A stretch of DNA of 64,000 bases, from positions 5 to 64,004 of the forward strand of contig JBBQGQ010000017.1 of NCBI GenBank assembly GCA_038323195.1. The letters run 5' to 3'. This document shows, in pieces, positions 1 through 9,685 of the stretch (positions are counted from its first letter, which is position 1; each line of letters opens with the position of its first letter). A program made the translations under genes and the position numbers. The DNA comes from Acidimicrobiia bacterium. Its GTDB lineage: Bacteria; Actinomycetota; Acidimicrobiia; IMCC26256; PALSA-610. A model generated the notes under the pieces. That model was not told the DNA's origin. It saw only the letters and a list, made by a program, of their open reading frames with translations, and did no database searches.

Positions 1-598
1 CCGCGCCGGTGTCGTGCACGACGGCCGCGAGCTGATCGGGCGCGAGCTGCGCGCTGGTGCTCACGGTGCGGTCGGCGGCGAGGATCCGTTGCTCGAGGTT
101 GTTGCGATGGATGAGCACGTGGCCCTCGGGTACCACGGTGGCGCCCGCACGCGGGCCACCGTCGCACCACGCGGGTGTGTCGCCGTCGATCAGCACGTCG
201 GCGACCTCGGATGCGGCCGCGCCGAGCCTCGTCGCCTCCACGGTCGGGCCCCACACCATGCGGCCGACGCGATCGTCGTAGTTGTTGGCGCGGGCGAGGA
301 AGTAGAGACGTTCCTTGGAGAATTCGAAACGGGGGGAGAGTTGATAGGGGGCCGCACCCTGCTCGGCCTCGGGGGCGCGGAGCTCGTCGGCAGAACACTG
401 CAGTTCGACGACGGCCGGAATTCGCTGGGCCCAGTGCCGGTGCAAGACGTCGAGCGCGGCCGCGGGATCGCGCAGCGCGGCGTCGTCGATCACGACCCGA
501 TCGGCACCGGCCCATTGGTCGGGGGCAGGCGCGCCGGGGCCGATGATGACGCCCCGCCCGAGGCGGGTGGCGATTCCCGCATCGGGAAGGTCGGGCAC
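1..598 (-). CDS. UvrD/Rep-type helicase-like protein, N-terminal part (gene runs off left edge)
   Basis: Hand translation of the minus strand from GTG at 598 gives VPDLPDAGIATRLGRGVIIGPG...LYFLARANNYDDRVGRMVWGP...RTVSTSAQLAPDQLAAVVHDTGA with no stop to the window edge. It ends where a Walker A motif usually follows in UvrD-like helicases. The plus-strand ORF 14..622 is its antisense shadow. The start codon and family assignment are uncertain. Confidence 0.4.
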   Translation of the reverse strand, partial: MPDLPDAGIATRLGRGVIIGPGAPAPDQWAGADRVVIDDAALRDPAAALDVLHRHWAQRIPAVVELQCSADELRAPEAEQGAAPYQLSPRFEFSKERLYFLARANNYDDRVGRMVWGPTVEATRLGAAASEVADVLIDGDTPAWCDGGPRAGATVVPEGHVLIHRNNLEQRILAADRTVSTSAQLAPDQLAAVVHDTGA

Positions 599-648
599 GT
601 CCGCATCATGCCCGAGCGGTGAGACGGTGAGCCGGAAGCGGCGTTCCC

Positions 649-1845
649 TCAGCCCAGCGCGTTGCCGAGGATCGAGACGAACGACACCATCTCGCCCGGG
701 TAGCCGCCGAGGTTGTGCGTGAGCGCCAGGCCGCGATCGGCGTGCTTGATCGTGCGTTCCGGCGGCGCTTCACCGCGCAGCTGCAACCACGCCTCGAACA
801 CCATGCGGAGTCCGGAAGCGCCGACCGGATGACCGAAGCTCTTGAGGCCGCCGTCGGGGTTCACCGGTAGGGCACCTTCGAGGTCGAACGTGCCGTCGAG
901 CACTTCCTTCCATGCGGTGCCGCGCTCGGCGAACTGCAGGTCTTCGTAGATCAACAGTTCGGCCGTGGTGAAGCAGTCGTGCACTTCGGCCATCGCGAGT
1001 TGCTCGCGCGGGTTCGTGATGCCGGCCTGCGCGTACGCGTCGCGGCCCGTCGCAGCGATCTCGGGGAAGGTCGTGTAGTCGTACTCGGGATCGGCGTTGC
1101 CGGAGCAGTTCCCGGCGACGAGCGACAACGCCTTGATGTAGATCGGCTTGTCGGTGTACTTCAGCGCGTCTTCCGCCCGCACGATGATCGCGGCGGCCGA
1201 GCCGTCGGCGACACCCGAGCAGTCGTACACGCCGAGTCCGCCCGCCATGAGCGGCGCGTTGCAGATCGTCTCCATCGAGACTTCTTTTCGGAACTGCGCT
1301 CGCGGGTTGCGGGCGCCGTTTTGGTGGTTCTTCCAGGCGATGCGGGCGAGCACCTCGCGCATCTGCGCGTCGTCGAGGCCGTATTTCTTGCCGTAGCCGG
1401 GCGAGCACATCGCGAACATCGCGGCCGCGGTGAGCGTGCGACCGGTGCCGTCGGTCGGGGTCTTCGCCGCGCCGACGAGTCCCTGGTATCCGCTGTCCTT
1501 CACTTTCTCGACGCCGATCGCCATCGCAACGTCGTACGCGCCGCTCGCGACCGAGTACGCGGCGTTGCGCAGCGCCTCGGAGGCGGTCGCGCAGAAGTTC
1601 TCTACGTGGGTGACCGGCTTGTCGTGCAGCTGCAGCGGACGGGCGAGCGCCATGCCGCTCATGCCCGACATCGCGGTGCCGAGCCAGTACGCGTCGACGT
1701 CGTCCTTCGTGATCCCGGCCGACGCGAACGTCGCTTCGGACGCGTCGACGAGGAGGTCGTCGGTGCCCTTGTTCCACTGCTCGCCGAAGTTGGTGCAGCC
1801 CATCCCGACGATGGCAACCCGATCTTTGATGCCGTGCGAACCCAT
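649..1845 (-). CDS. SCP2/nonspecific-lipid-transfer-type thiolase
   Basis: Taken from ORF 649..1923. Motifs are VAIVGMGCTNFG, the nucleophile context NFCATASEAL, the HDCF fingerprint and a C-terminal NLGGYPG. I moved the start to ATG 1845 (MGSHGIKDR), which is preceded by GAGGAG. The 26 upstream codons only translate an intergenic tandem repeat. Confidence 0.85.
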   Translation of the reverse strand: MGSHGIKDRVAIVGMGCTNFGEQWNKGTDDLLVDASEATFASAGITKDDVDAYWLGTAMSGMSGMALARPLQLHDKPVTHVENFCATASEALRNAAYSVASGAYDVAMAIGVEKVKDSGYQGLVGAAKTPTDGTGRTLTAAAMFAMCSPGYGKKYGLDDAQMREVLARIAWKNHQNGARNPRAQFRKEVSMETICNAPLMAGGLGVYDCSGVADGSAAAIIVRAEDALKYTDKPIYIKALSLVAGNCSGNADPEYDYTTFPEIAATGRDAYAQAGITNPREQLAMAEVHDCFTTAELLIYEDLQFAERGTAWKEVLDGTFDLEGALPVNPDGGLKSFGHPVGASGLRMVFEAWLQLRGEAPPERTIKHADRGLALTHNLGGYPGEMVSFVSILGNALG

Positions 1846-1855
1846 TGTTCTCCTC

Positions 1856-1939
1856 GTTTCCGCTCTTGGTGCCTTCGGCACCGGGCCGCTGGGCCTTGTT
1901 TCCGCTCTTGGTGCCTTCGGCACCGGGCCGCTGGGCCCC
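1856..1939. repeat. 42-bp tandem duplication (x2), each copy carrying a GGTGCC-TTC-GGCACC hairpin
   Basis: Direct reading shows gtttccgctcttggtgccttcggcaccgggccgctgggcc at 1856 and again at 1898. It lies in the spacer between two co-directional minus-strand genes. Confidence 0.9.
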
Positions 1940-1942
1940 GTC

Positions 1943-1990
1943 TCGCTGCTCGGCGGGATACCCGCCTCGCTGCTCGGCGGGATACCCGCC
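1943..1990. repeat. 24-bp tandem duplication (x2), each copy carrying a GGCGGG-ATA-CCCGCC hairpin
   Basis: Direct reading shows tcgctgctcggcgggatacccgcc at 1943 and again at 1967. Confidence 0.9.
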
Positions 1991-2005
1991 TCGCGGGCGC
2001 TCGAC

Positions 2006-3415
2006 TCAGTCCCTCACCGGGCGGGCTTTCCAGAAGTAGTTGTGGATCTCGTCGGACGTGAACAGCTTGCGGAACGTCATCTCGACCCGGTCGCCCATCT
2101 GCAGCGAGTCGGCGTCGACGTCGGTGAGCTCCACCGGGAGGCGTCCGCCTCCGTCCCAGTCGACCACCGCGAACGCGACCGGCGGGCTCGGTGAGTAGGC
2201 GATGCGGTCGATGGTAAGCAGCGCGATCGTGCCTCGTACATCGGCCATCGGCGCGGGCTGCATGTCGTCGACCGCGTCGCCGACGCGAGAGATGCGCGCA
2301 GGCGGCATGTGCAGCTCGCCGCTGCCGCGGTCTCGCGAGCCGACGAACGCGTACTTCCATTCCTCGGTGCGACCGGACACCGACGCCGAGATGCGGTCGG
2401 GCTCGGGGCGGCGCGGCGGTTCGAGCCTCACCTCGCTCCGCCAGCCGAGGAACTTCCCGTACGGGAGGTCGGCGGCGCCGTCGACTTGCGCCGCGACCGT
2501 ACGCGCCGGCGCGTACGCCGTGATCGCGTCGGTGGCCCGGAACAGCAAGACGTCGGCGCCGTCGGCGAGCACCACCAGCGCGATCACCTCGCCGGGTTGC
2601 GCCGACTCGAGTGTGTCGGCGAGCAGCAGCGCGGCGTGTGCGCTGCCGGTGTTGCCGACCGTCGCGGAACGGTCGTCGACCAGCGCTTCCTTCGCGGTGC
2701 CGAGGCGAGCGCTCACGGCACGAGTCGCGCGGGTGTGCATCCCGCTGACGACGACCCGCGCGACCTGATCAGCGGAGAGCTCGGCCGCCTTCAGTGCCGC
2801 GTTCCACGCCTGCTCGACGAGTGGCGCGTACTTGACCTCGCCGAAGCGCTCCTCCCACGCGCGTGATCGCGTCGAGCCCGGTGTGCGCCAGCGCTCGAGA
2901 AACTCTTCGGTCGTGCTCGCGCCACCGAGGAACTCGGCGATGACGGGGCCGTCGGCGTCGTCGCCGACGAGGAGTGCGCCCGCGCCGTCGCCGGAAGCCG
3001 TCTCGTCGGCGCTCGTCGGCAGGCCGCCCCGCTGGTCGGCGGTGACGACCAGGGTGGTGTTGGAACCTTCGAGCGCGCTCCGCAGCGCACCGATTCCCGA
3101 CCGTAGCGCACCGCCGAAGTCGAAGGCGGACACGTCGGTGTCGAGCCGCAACGCCGCGTGAATCGTGGAGGCGTTGTTCTTGTCGAGGTAGGCGGGCGAG
3201 GCCGTGGAGAACCAGAGCGCGTCGGGTGTCGTACCGGCCGGGGCGCTCCGGAGTGCGAGGCGCGCGGCTTCGACGCCCATGGTCGTGGTGTCCTCGTCGA
3301 AGGACGCGACCGAGCGCGTTCCCTTGCCGCCTCCGCTCCCGAACGTCTTCGCGATCTCGGCTCGTTGCAGGCGCCGGAACGGTACGTAGCCGCCCGCACT
3401 GATGATCCCTCGCAT
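2006..3415 (-). CDS. HMG-CoA synthase/KAS-III-like domain fused to a DUF35 OB-fold domain; contains no cysteine
   Basis: 469-aa ORF. The N-terminus GIISAGGYVPFRRL...SFDEDTTTMGVEAARLAL and the later GMHTRATR and VGNTGSAHA motifs fit the HMGCS/KAS-III fold. The C-terminus (WKYAFVGSRD...RLPVELTDVD...GDRVEMTF) resembles DUF35. It sits upstream of a thiolase, as in thiolase/HMGCS/DUF35 modules. Confidence 0.75.
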   Translation of the reverse strand: MRGIISAGGYVPFRRLQRAEIAKTFGSGGGKGTRSVASFDEDTTTMGVEAARLALRSAPAGTTPDALWFSTASPAYLDKNNASTIHAALRLDTDVSAFDFGGALRSGIGALRSALEGSNTTLVVTADQRGGLPTSADETASGDGAGALLVGDDADGPVIAEFLGGASTTEEFLERWRTPGSTRSRAWEERFGEVKYAPLVEQAWNAALKAAELSADQVARVVVSGMHTRATRAVSARLGTAKEALVDDRSATVGNTGSAHAALLLADTLESAQPGEVIALVVLADGADVLLFRATDAITAYAPARTVAAQVDGAADLPYGKFLGWRSEVRLEPPRRPEPDRISASVSGRTEEWKYAFVGSRDRGSGELHMPPARISRVGDAVDDMQPAPMADVRGTIALLTIDRIAYSPSPPVAFAVVDWDGGGRLPVELTDVDADSLQMGDRVEMTFRKLFTSDEIHNYFWKARPVRD

Positions 3416-3422
3416 GGTCGGG

Positions 3423-3428
3423 AGTCTA
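3423..3428 (-). promoter_or_regulatory. -10-like TAGACT box 7 nt upstream of ATG 3415 (candidate leaderless promoter)
   Basis: The minus strand reads TAGACT-cccgacc-ATG with no SD in between. It matches the actinobacterial TANNNT -10 pattern. Confidence 0.3.
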
Positions 3429-3471
3429 TGACGGCCGTGTCAGCTCCAGTCCTTCGGACGAGTTCACCGCC

Positions 3472-6030
3472 TCACGTCGGTGTGACGGGGTTGGACGCAG
3501 GCGATTGGGGTCCGGTGCCGACCGCGTTCTTGGCGGCGACTTTGAACCAGTACGTCTTGGCGGTGGTGAGGCCGGTGACGGTTTGGGTGGTGCCGGTGGA
3601 GTTGAAGGTGCGGGGGGCTTGCGTGACGCCGGCGAGGTAGGGCGTGATGATGTAGCCGGTCACGGGCGACCCGTTGCCGTTCGGTGCGGTCCAGTGCACC
3701 GTCGCCGAGGTGACACCGGCGGTCGCGGTGACGGCGGTCGGCGCGGTGGGCGCGCCGACGATGAGCTCGGCGGTCGATGCCGATTGAGCGCCGGCGCCGA
3801 GGGTGTTGGTCGCGGCCACGAGGAACGTGTACGGCTGGCCGGTCATCAGGCCGGTGAGGGTCACCGTGTTGGTGGACGCGGCAACTGTCGTGGTGGCGAG
3901 TGGGACGAATTTGTAGCGAGGTGTGACGACGTAGCCGGTGATCGTCGACCCGTTGTTGTTCGTGGGCGCGGTCCAGTGGATCGTGACCGAGGTGCTAGCG
4001 GGGCCCGGTGCGGCGGAGGCGATGGTGGGGGCGGTGGGTGCGCCGATCGTGGCGGTCGGTCGCCCCGCGGGTGTGCCGGTCCCGCGTGCGTTCAAGGCTG
4101 CGACCGTGAAGCTGTAGGTGTGGCCGTTGGTCAGGGAGCCGACGACGCCCGACGTCGCGTTCGCCGCGAAGGTGACCGGCGACAGCGGGAAGAGACCGAG
4201 GAACGGCGTGACCTGATAGCTGGTGATCGGTGAGCCGTTCGCGGCCACGGGCGCGGCCCATCCGACGATCGCGTTCCCGTTCCCGGGTGTTGCCGAGGTC
4301 GCGGTCGGCGCGGTGGGGGCGCCGACCGTGACCGGGCGGGTCGCGACGGAGAGCATTCCTGTGCCGATGGCGTTTGTGGCGAAGACCGTGAACGTGTAGG
4401 TCTGGCCGTTGGTGAGGCCCGCGACCGTGCCCGACGTCGCGGTCGCGGGAAAGCTTCGGGCCGGCAGGACGGTCGAGCCGAGATACGGGACGACGTGGTA
4501 GCTGGTGATCGGGGAGCCGCCGGTGGTGATCGGTCCCGTCCACTGCAGGGTCGCCTGTCCGCTGCCGGCGGTGACCGTGATGCTGCGCGGCGGATACGGC
4601 GCCACGTTCGTGAGGCTCGTCGTCGGGTGGACGGGCAGGAGCAGCGGTGGTTGCGGGGTCTGGGTGAAGTCGAAGTCGGAGGTCAGGTCGCCGAGGATCC
4701 CGCCGTTCTCGCGCACCGTTGGTCGCGGGTCGGGCCGGCCGTCGGTACTCGGGTCGAGGCGCTGGCCGCCGAGGAAGTCGTCCTCGATGAACTTGAGGTA
4801 GGCGTCGAAACTCAGGGTCTGGTGATCGACGTAGCCGTGCTTCGCGTACGGGCTGATCACGATGCCCGGCACCCGCAGGCCGTACCCGTTGACATCGACG
4901 CTCGGCGGGACGACGTGGTCGTAGAAGCCGCCCCAGTCGTCCCACGCCACGAAGATCGCCGTCGACGACCAGTCCGGTCCGTTCATGACCGCGTTCACCA
5001 AGCTGGTCACGTACGACTGGCCCGCGCTCACCGACCCGAGCGGCGCGTGCTCGCTCACGTCGCCCGACGGCACGACCCACGACACCGCGGGCAACGTCCC
5101 GGCGTGCGCAGCTGTAAAGAAGTTCGACACGCCCTGGATATTGCCGACCTGGTTGTCGGCGCGGACCGTGTCGAAGTACGGGAGCGGGTTCCAGATTCCC
5201 GGCGTGTACGGCTGCTGTGCGACCGGCGCGCACGACAACGTCGCGGCGTTCTGGCAGTCCGGTTCCGTCCCCGGCACCACGTAATACCCCCACGGGACGT
5301 TCGCCTGGTGCATCAGAAAGGTGAGGTCGGTCCACGCGTAGATCGGTGAGATCGGATTCAGACCCACCTTGGTCGGGTCTGCGAAGTTGTCGGGCCGGAA
5401 CCCGGTCTGGTTCAGGTCGCTCGTGCAGCTCGCGGCGACGTGGCTCGTGCAGCTCGCCGACCATCCCGACACCTGGAACAGGTGCTCGGGCAGGCTCCAC
5501 GACGCGTCCGGCTCCAACATGCGGTCCTGGAGCACGAAGTTGCGCGCGTACGCCCAATAGTTCGGGATGTCGCTCTCGGGGTGGTACCCGAGCACGTTCG
5601 TCGGATCGACCGGACAGCCCGCACTCGACGCGACGCAACTCTGCGCCGCTTTCTCCGACACGGTCAGGAACCCGTCCATCTTCCCGCCGTCGACGTCGTC
5701 CGTCGAGTTCGCCGCGCTGTGCGGTCCCCCGACAGTTACGTCGCGGTGATCGACGAACGGACGCTTGCAGCCCCCCGAGACCGACGGCAGGCACGCAGTC
5801 GGCACCCCGTTCACCATCGCGATCCCATTCGCGCCCGGGAACGTCCCGAAGTACTCGTCGAACGACCGGTTCTCCTGCATGATCACGACGACGTGTTGGA
5901 TCTTGTGGATCCCCGTCAACGCCGCGGAGGCACTCCGCGCGCCCGAAGCGCTCGCCAGCACCCAGGTGCTCAGCATCACGGCGAGCAGCAGGGCGATCGA
6001 TGCGCGACGCCGCCGCGTGACCCGGCTCAT
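3472..6030 (-). CDS. Secreted phosphoesterase (phospholipase C/AcpA family) with four C-terminal fibronectin type III domains
   Basis: Taken from ORF 3472..6084. The signal [30 protein letters not shown] is Tat-like. [21 protein letters not shown] is the phosphoesterase family signature. Four repeats of about 95 aa are each introduced by GAPTAPT or PPRS and contain W.AP...GSPITSY.V.P. An alternative start at ATG 6084 would add SPNDV x3. Confidence 0.85.
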   Translation of the reverse strand: MSRVTRRRRASIALLLAVMLSTWVLASASGARSASAALTGIHKIQHVVVIMQENRSFDEYFGTFPGANGIAMVNGVPTACLPSVSGGCKRPFVDHRDVTVGGPHSAANSTDDVDGGKMDGFLTVSEKAAQSCVASSAGCPVDPTNVLGYHPESDIPNYWAYARNFVLQDRMLEPDASWSLPEHLFQVSGWSASCTSHVAASCTSDLNQTGFRPDNFADPTKVGLNPISPIYAWTDLTFLMHQANVPWGYYVVPGTEPDCQNAATLSCAPVAQQPYTPGIWNPLPYFDTVRADNQVGNIQGVSNFFTAAHAGTLPAVSWVVPSGDVSEHAPLGSVSAGQSYVTSLVNAVMNGPDWSSTAIFVAWDDWGGFYDHVVPPSVDVNGYGLRVPGIVISPYAKHGYVDHQTLSFDAYLKFIEDDFLGGQRLDPSTDGRPDPRPTVRENGGILGDLTSDFDFTQTPQPPLLLPVHPTTSLTNVAPYPPRSITVTAGSGQATLQWTGPITTGGSPITSYHVVPYLGSTVLPARSFPATATSGTVAGLTNGQTYTFTVFATNAIGTGMLSVATRPVTVGAPTAPTATSATPGNGNAIVGWAAPVAANGSPITSYQVTPFLGLFPLSPVTFAANATSGVVGSLTNGHTYSFTVAALNARGTGTPAGRPTATIGAPTAPTIASAAPGPASTSVTIHWTAPTNNNGSTITGYVVTPRYKFVPLATTTVAASTNTVTLTGLMTGQPYTFLVAATNTLGAGAQSASTAELIVGAPTAPTAVTATAGVTSATVHWTAPNGNGSPVTGYIITPYLAGVTQAPRTFNSTGTTQTVTGLTTAKTYWFKVAAKNAVGTGPQSPASNPVTPT

Positions 6031-6037
6031 GCAGAAC

Positions 6038-6084
6038 GTGTCGTTCGGAGACACGTCGTTCGGAGACACGTCGTTCGGAGACAA
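6038..6084. repeat. 15-bp tandem repeat, about 3 copies (tcgttcggagacacg)
   Basis: Direct reading of 6041-6055, 6056-6070 and 6071-6084. It lies 8-55 nt upstream of ATG 6030 on the minus strand. Confidence 0.9.
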
Positions 6085-6138
6085 GGAACGAATGACCGGG
6101 CCGGATCTCTCCGGTAGCTTTCAGCGACGGGCCGGCCG

Positions 6139-8133
6139 ATGCGCGTGGCCGGTCTCGACGGCAGAGGGACTCGCCTCATGTATTCGTACTCGGTACATCG
6201 ATCGAGCTCGGCGAAGTCCGGTCCACCGAACGATCCTCCGAAACCGCCGACCGGACGAAAGCCCACGCCGCGCTGGTTGCACACGGTGTGGGTCGTCGGG
6301 TTGATCGTGACGCTCCTGTTGTTGTTCGTGCCGAGCTCCACTCCTGCGACGAAATCGTTGACGTTGACGGATTGGAAGGCGAAGGTCGACGCCGATCAGG
6401 TGCAGACGGCGAGCATCGATCCCTCGGGCAAGGTGACCGGCGAGCTCACCGACAAGTCCAAGACACACTACGCATCGCGCATACCCGCCGCCCTGAACGA
6501 CAACACCCTCGCGGCCGAGTTGACGCAGCATCACGTTACGATCAGCGGGGTCACCAACGGGACGAGCTTTTGGAGCGTTATCGGCGGGTTAGCGCCCCTT
6601 GTGCTCCTCCTCGGGGTGTTCTTCTGGTTCAGCCGGCGCGCGACCCGCCAGCTCTCGGGCGGCCTGATGGGCATCGGTGCTTCGAAGGCGAAGGTGTACG
6701 ACCAGGACCGACCGAAGACCCGCTTCGCGGACGTGGCGGGATACGAAGGCGCGAAGCGAGAGATCAGCGAGGTCGTCGACTTTTTGAAGAACCCAGGGCG
6801 ATACGCGGCCGCGGGAGCCATCGCGCCGCGCGGCGTGCTCATGGTCGGTCCGCCCGGAACCGGAAAGACGCTCTTGGCGCGCGCGGTTGCCGGCGAAGCC
6901 GACGTTCCGTTCTTCGCGCTGACCGGTTCGAGCTTCGTCGAGATGTTCGTCGGGGTCGGTGCCGCGCGCGTGCGCGACCTGTTCACCGCGGCGCGCAAGG
7001 CCGCGCCCGCAATCATCTTCATCGACGAGGTGGACGCGATCGGACAGCGCCGCGGCGGTGCGTTGGTGTCGAACGACGAGCGCGAGCAGACGCTGAACCA
7101 GATGCTCGCCGAGATGGACGGCTTCGACCCGTCCTCGGGCGTGGTCGTGCTCGCCGCGACCAACCGGCCCGAGACGCTCGATCCGGCGTTGTTGCGTCCC
7201 GGCCGATTCGATCGCCAGGTCGAGATTCCGCTCCCCAACCTGCGCGAGCGAACCGCGATCCTTGCCGTGCACGCACGCGGCAAGCACTTGAGCCCCGACG
7301 TCGACCTCGAGGTCGTCGGACGATCGACGCCCGGCTTCTCCGGAGCCGACCTCGCGAATCTTCTCAACGAAGCCGCCATCGTGGCGGTACGCGCCGGACG
7401 CGACACCGTCACGGCCGCGGACTTCTCCGAAGCGCGCGACCGCATCCTGCTCGGCCGGCGGGAGGCGACGAACGCGCTCATGCCCGGCGAGAAGCACGCC
7501 GTCGCGGTCCACGAGTCCGGCCACGCACTCGTGGCTGCGCTGTCACCCAACGCCGATCCGGTTTCCAAGGTGACGATCCTGCCGGCGGGCCTCTCGTTGG
7601 GAGCGACCGAGCAGCTGCCGGCCGACGAGCGGCACCTCTACAGCGAGAGCTACCTGAAGGACTCGCTCGCAGTTCGACTCGGCGGTCGGGCGGCGGAGTT
7701 GCTGGTTCTCGGCGAGGCATCGTCGGGTGCGTCGAGCGACCTTGCGGGCGCGACCGACCTCGCGACGCGCATGGTGCGCGAATACGGCATGAGCGAGAAG
7801 CTGGGCCCGGTCGGTTTCGCGAGCGGCGCACCGATGTATCTCGGCGGCGAGCAGGTACACAGCCGTGATTACGCCGAAGCGACGCAGCGGGTAATCGACG
7901 AAGAGGTCTCCGAGCTGCTGAAGGAAGCCGAGAAACGCGCGTCCGCGCTGCTCGGCGATCATCGCGCCGCCCTCGATCGGCTGGTCGACGACCTGCTCGC
8001 GCACGAGACCGTCGACGGCGACGCCGTCGCGGCCGCGCTGAAGGGCGGAGCGGGGCCGTCCGAACCCGCCGAGAGCGGCGGCCCGCTCCGAACCCCGCAG
8101 TTCCAAGCGCGCGCGACGCCACCGACGTCGTGA
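6139..8133 (+). CDS. ftsH: ATP-dependent zinc metalloprotease FtsH
   Basis: Walker A GPPGTGKT, Walker [13 protein letters not shown] region [18 protein letters not shown] and the zinc motif HESGHA, with N-terminal TM helices. The start could instead be ATG 6178. Confidence 0.93.
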   Translation: MRVAGLDGRGTRLMYSYSVHRSSSAKSGPPNDPPKPPTGRKPTPRWLHTVWVVGLIVTLLLLFVPSSTPATKSLTLTDWKAKVDADQVQTASIDPSGKVTGELTDKSKTHYASRIPAALNDNTLAAELTQHHVTISGVTNGTSFWSVIGGLAPLVLLLGVFFWFSRRATRQLSGGLMGIGASKAKVYDQDRPKTRFADVAGYEGAKREISEVVDFLKNPGRYAAAGAIAPRGVLMVGPPGTGKTLLARAVAGEADVPFFALTGSSFVEMFVGVGAARVRDLFTAARKAAPAIIFIDEVDAIGQRRGGALVSNDEREQTLNQMLAEMDGFDPSSGVVVLAATNRPETLDPALLRPGRFDRQVEIPLPNLRERTAILAVHARGKHLSPDVDLEVVGRSTPGFSGADLANLLNEAAIVAVRAGRDTVTAADFSEARDRILLGRREATNALMPGEKHAVAVHESGHALVAALSPNADPVSKVTILPAGLSLGATEQLPADERHLYSESYLKDSLAVRLGGRAAELLVLGEASSGASSDLAGATDLATRMVREYGMSEKLGPVGFASGAPMYLGGEQVHSRDYAEATQRVIDEEVSELLKEAEKRASALLGDHRAALDRLVDDLLAHETVDGDAVAAALKGGAGPSEPAESGGPLRTPQFQARATPPTS

Positions 8134-8136
8134 CGA

Positions 8137-9597
8137 TCAGGGCGCGGGTTCGACGGGCGGGAGCTGGTAGCTCCCGTCGAGGACGCGGGGCTCGGGCAGG
8201 TAGATGCGCATGGTGAGCCGGAATCCGCCCGCGGGGGTGGGAAGCCAGTTCGACTGATGTCCCGCGGGTGGGTCGTGTTGTAGATAGAAGTCGACGGGGC
8301 CGTCGCGGTTGGTCTGCAATCCGGGGGTGCGATCGCCGACGGAGTACCGGTTGGCCGGGTTGGCGACCAGGAATCCGTCGAGTCCGTACACGGTGAGGGA
8401 CCAGAACGCCTTGGCCGGCGGGAGCGAACCGGCGCCAAAGTGCATCACGTACGCCCCCGAGCCGGAATAGAGATCGCCGTGCGCGTCACGCAGCGATGTC
8501 ACGTAGACCGCTTCTTCGGGAACGTTCGCACCCCAGCCCGATTGGGCCACCACGGCCCGCAGGAGGAAGTTGTCGCCGTAGCGCCCGATCTGTCCGGTGC
8601 GCGTCTGCCAGCCGTTGACCACGTGGCCCGACGCAGAGGCGCCACCCGCGACGCGCTGCGCGCCGGCGCCGACGCCTTGGGCCAGGACAGCCCGCTGGGC
8701 TTGCGTGCCCTCCGCGTCGGGACGGCGGCCGGGTCCGATGCCGAGCGGTGCGAAGCGGGCGAGGGCCGCGCGGTCGGCGGCGGTCGGCGGCGGGTCGACG
8801 GCCAAGGCCGCGCCCAACTCGTCGAAGAACGCTGCTCCCGCACTGGGGACACTCTGGGGTGTGCCCGGCGGCGCGCCGAGCGACGGGGCGACCGGAGATG
8901 AGGGTGCCGCGCTCGACGCCAGAGGCGCGAGCCGCACCTGCGCCATGACCCCCCGGACTGTCGGCAGATCGCTCGCGTCGCCGACGAGGAACCGGCCGAG
9001 CAGAAACACCAGCGGTGTCGTCGCGCGGACCAAATGATCGCCGACCGGTACGGCGCCCGCCCAACCGGGCGGCGCGACGATCCACGAGCCGGCGGCCCCC
9101 GCCGTGGCGCGGGTACCGACGTACGCAAACGACTCCGTGTACGTGTCGAGGAATTGGTAGGTGTAGTACCGGTCGTGGATCGCCGGGACCGTCAGCACGA
9201 CCGGACCGGACCGAAGGTCGATGACCGAGATGCTGTAGAGGGTGTCGACATTCGGCGCCACGACGATGCCGCGCCCCGGGGACGACAGCTTCTGCTGATT
9301 GAAGAGGTGGTTGACGCCGATCAAACGCGCGAAGGTCTGCGCGGTCCGCATCGACACCACGAGTGGCAATCCCCACACGTAGGCGTCCGTGGCCAGCGCG
9401 GCCAGCGCGGCCGGTGTCGGTGCCGGAGCCGCCGCGCCGCTCGACGGAGTCGCCGGGCGCGAAGTAGTGCTCGCGCTCCGGGGAGTACCCGCGCTCGAGC
9501 ACGCACCCACCGCCATCGCCATGACGATCGACAACGACATCATTACGGTCGACAACGACGCTGGCGCACGCCCGCGGATCTTGATCGGCGCCATCAC
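8137..9597 (-). CDS. DUF1254/DUF1214 domain lipoprotein
   Basis: Lipobox AVGAC. DRYYTYQFLDTYTESFAYVG is DUF1254-like and NWLPTPAGGFRLTMRIYLP is DUF1214-like. Confidence 0.75.
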   Translation of the reverse strand: MMAPIKIRGRAPASLSTVMMSLSIVMAMAVGACSSAGTPRSASTTSRPATPSSGAAAPAPTPAALAALATDAYVWGLPLVVSMRTAQTFARLIGVNHLFNQQKLSSPGRGIVVAPNVDTLYSISVIDLRSGPVVLTVPAIHDRYYTYQFLDTYTESFAYVGTRATAGAAGSWIVAPPGWAGAVPVGDHLVRATTPLVFLLGRFLVGDASDLPTVRGVMAQVRLAPLASSAAPSSPVAPSLGAPPGTPQSVPSAGAAFFDELGAALAVDPPPTAADRAALARFAPLGIGPGRRPDAEGTQAQRAVLAQGVGAGAQRVAGGASASGHVVNGWQTRTGQIGRYGDNFLLRAVVAQSGWGANVPEEAVYVTSLRDAHGDLYSGSGAYVMHFGAGSLPPAKAFWSLTVYGLDGFLVANPANRYSVGDRTPGLQTNRDGPVDFYLQHDPPAGHQSNWLPTPAGGFRLTMRIYLPEPRVLDGSYQLPPVEPAP

Positions 9598-9685
9598 GGC
9601 GGCACGCTAACCGCAGGGCAGGCCCGACCCGCGTCGCACCGCCGATCGTGACACGCCCTAGCGTGGATCACTTGGAGCATCGCCC

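Noticed and set aside
14-622. 202-aa plus-strand ORF at the left edge
   Set aside because: The minus strand gives an uninterrupted, protein-like translation running off the edge (helicase-like N-terminus). The plus ORF has shadow-type composition.
1846-1923. N-terminal extension of the thiolase (MPKAPRAETRPSGPVPKAPRAETRRT)
   Set aside because: It is a translation of the 42-bp tandem repeat. A strong GAGGAG SD precedes the internal ATG at 1845, and the conserved thiolase N-terminus starts there.
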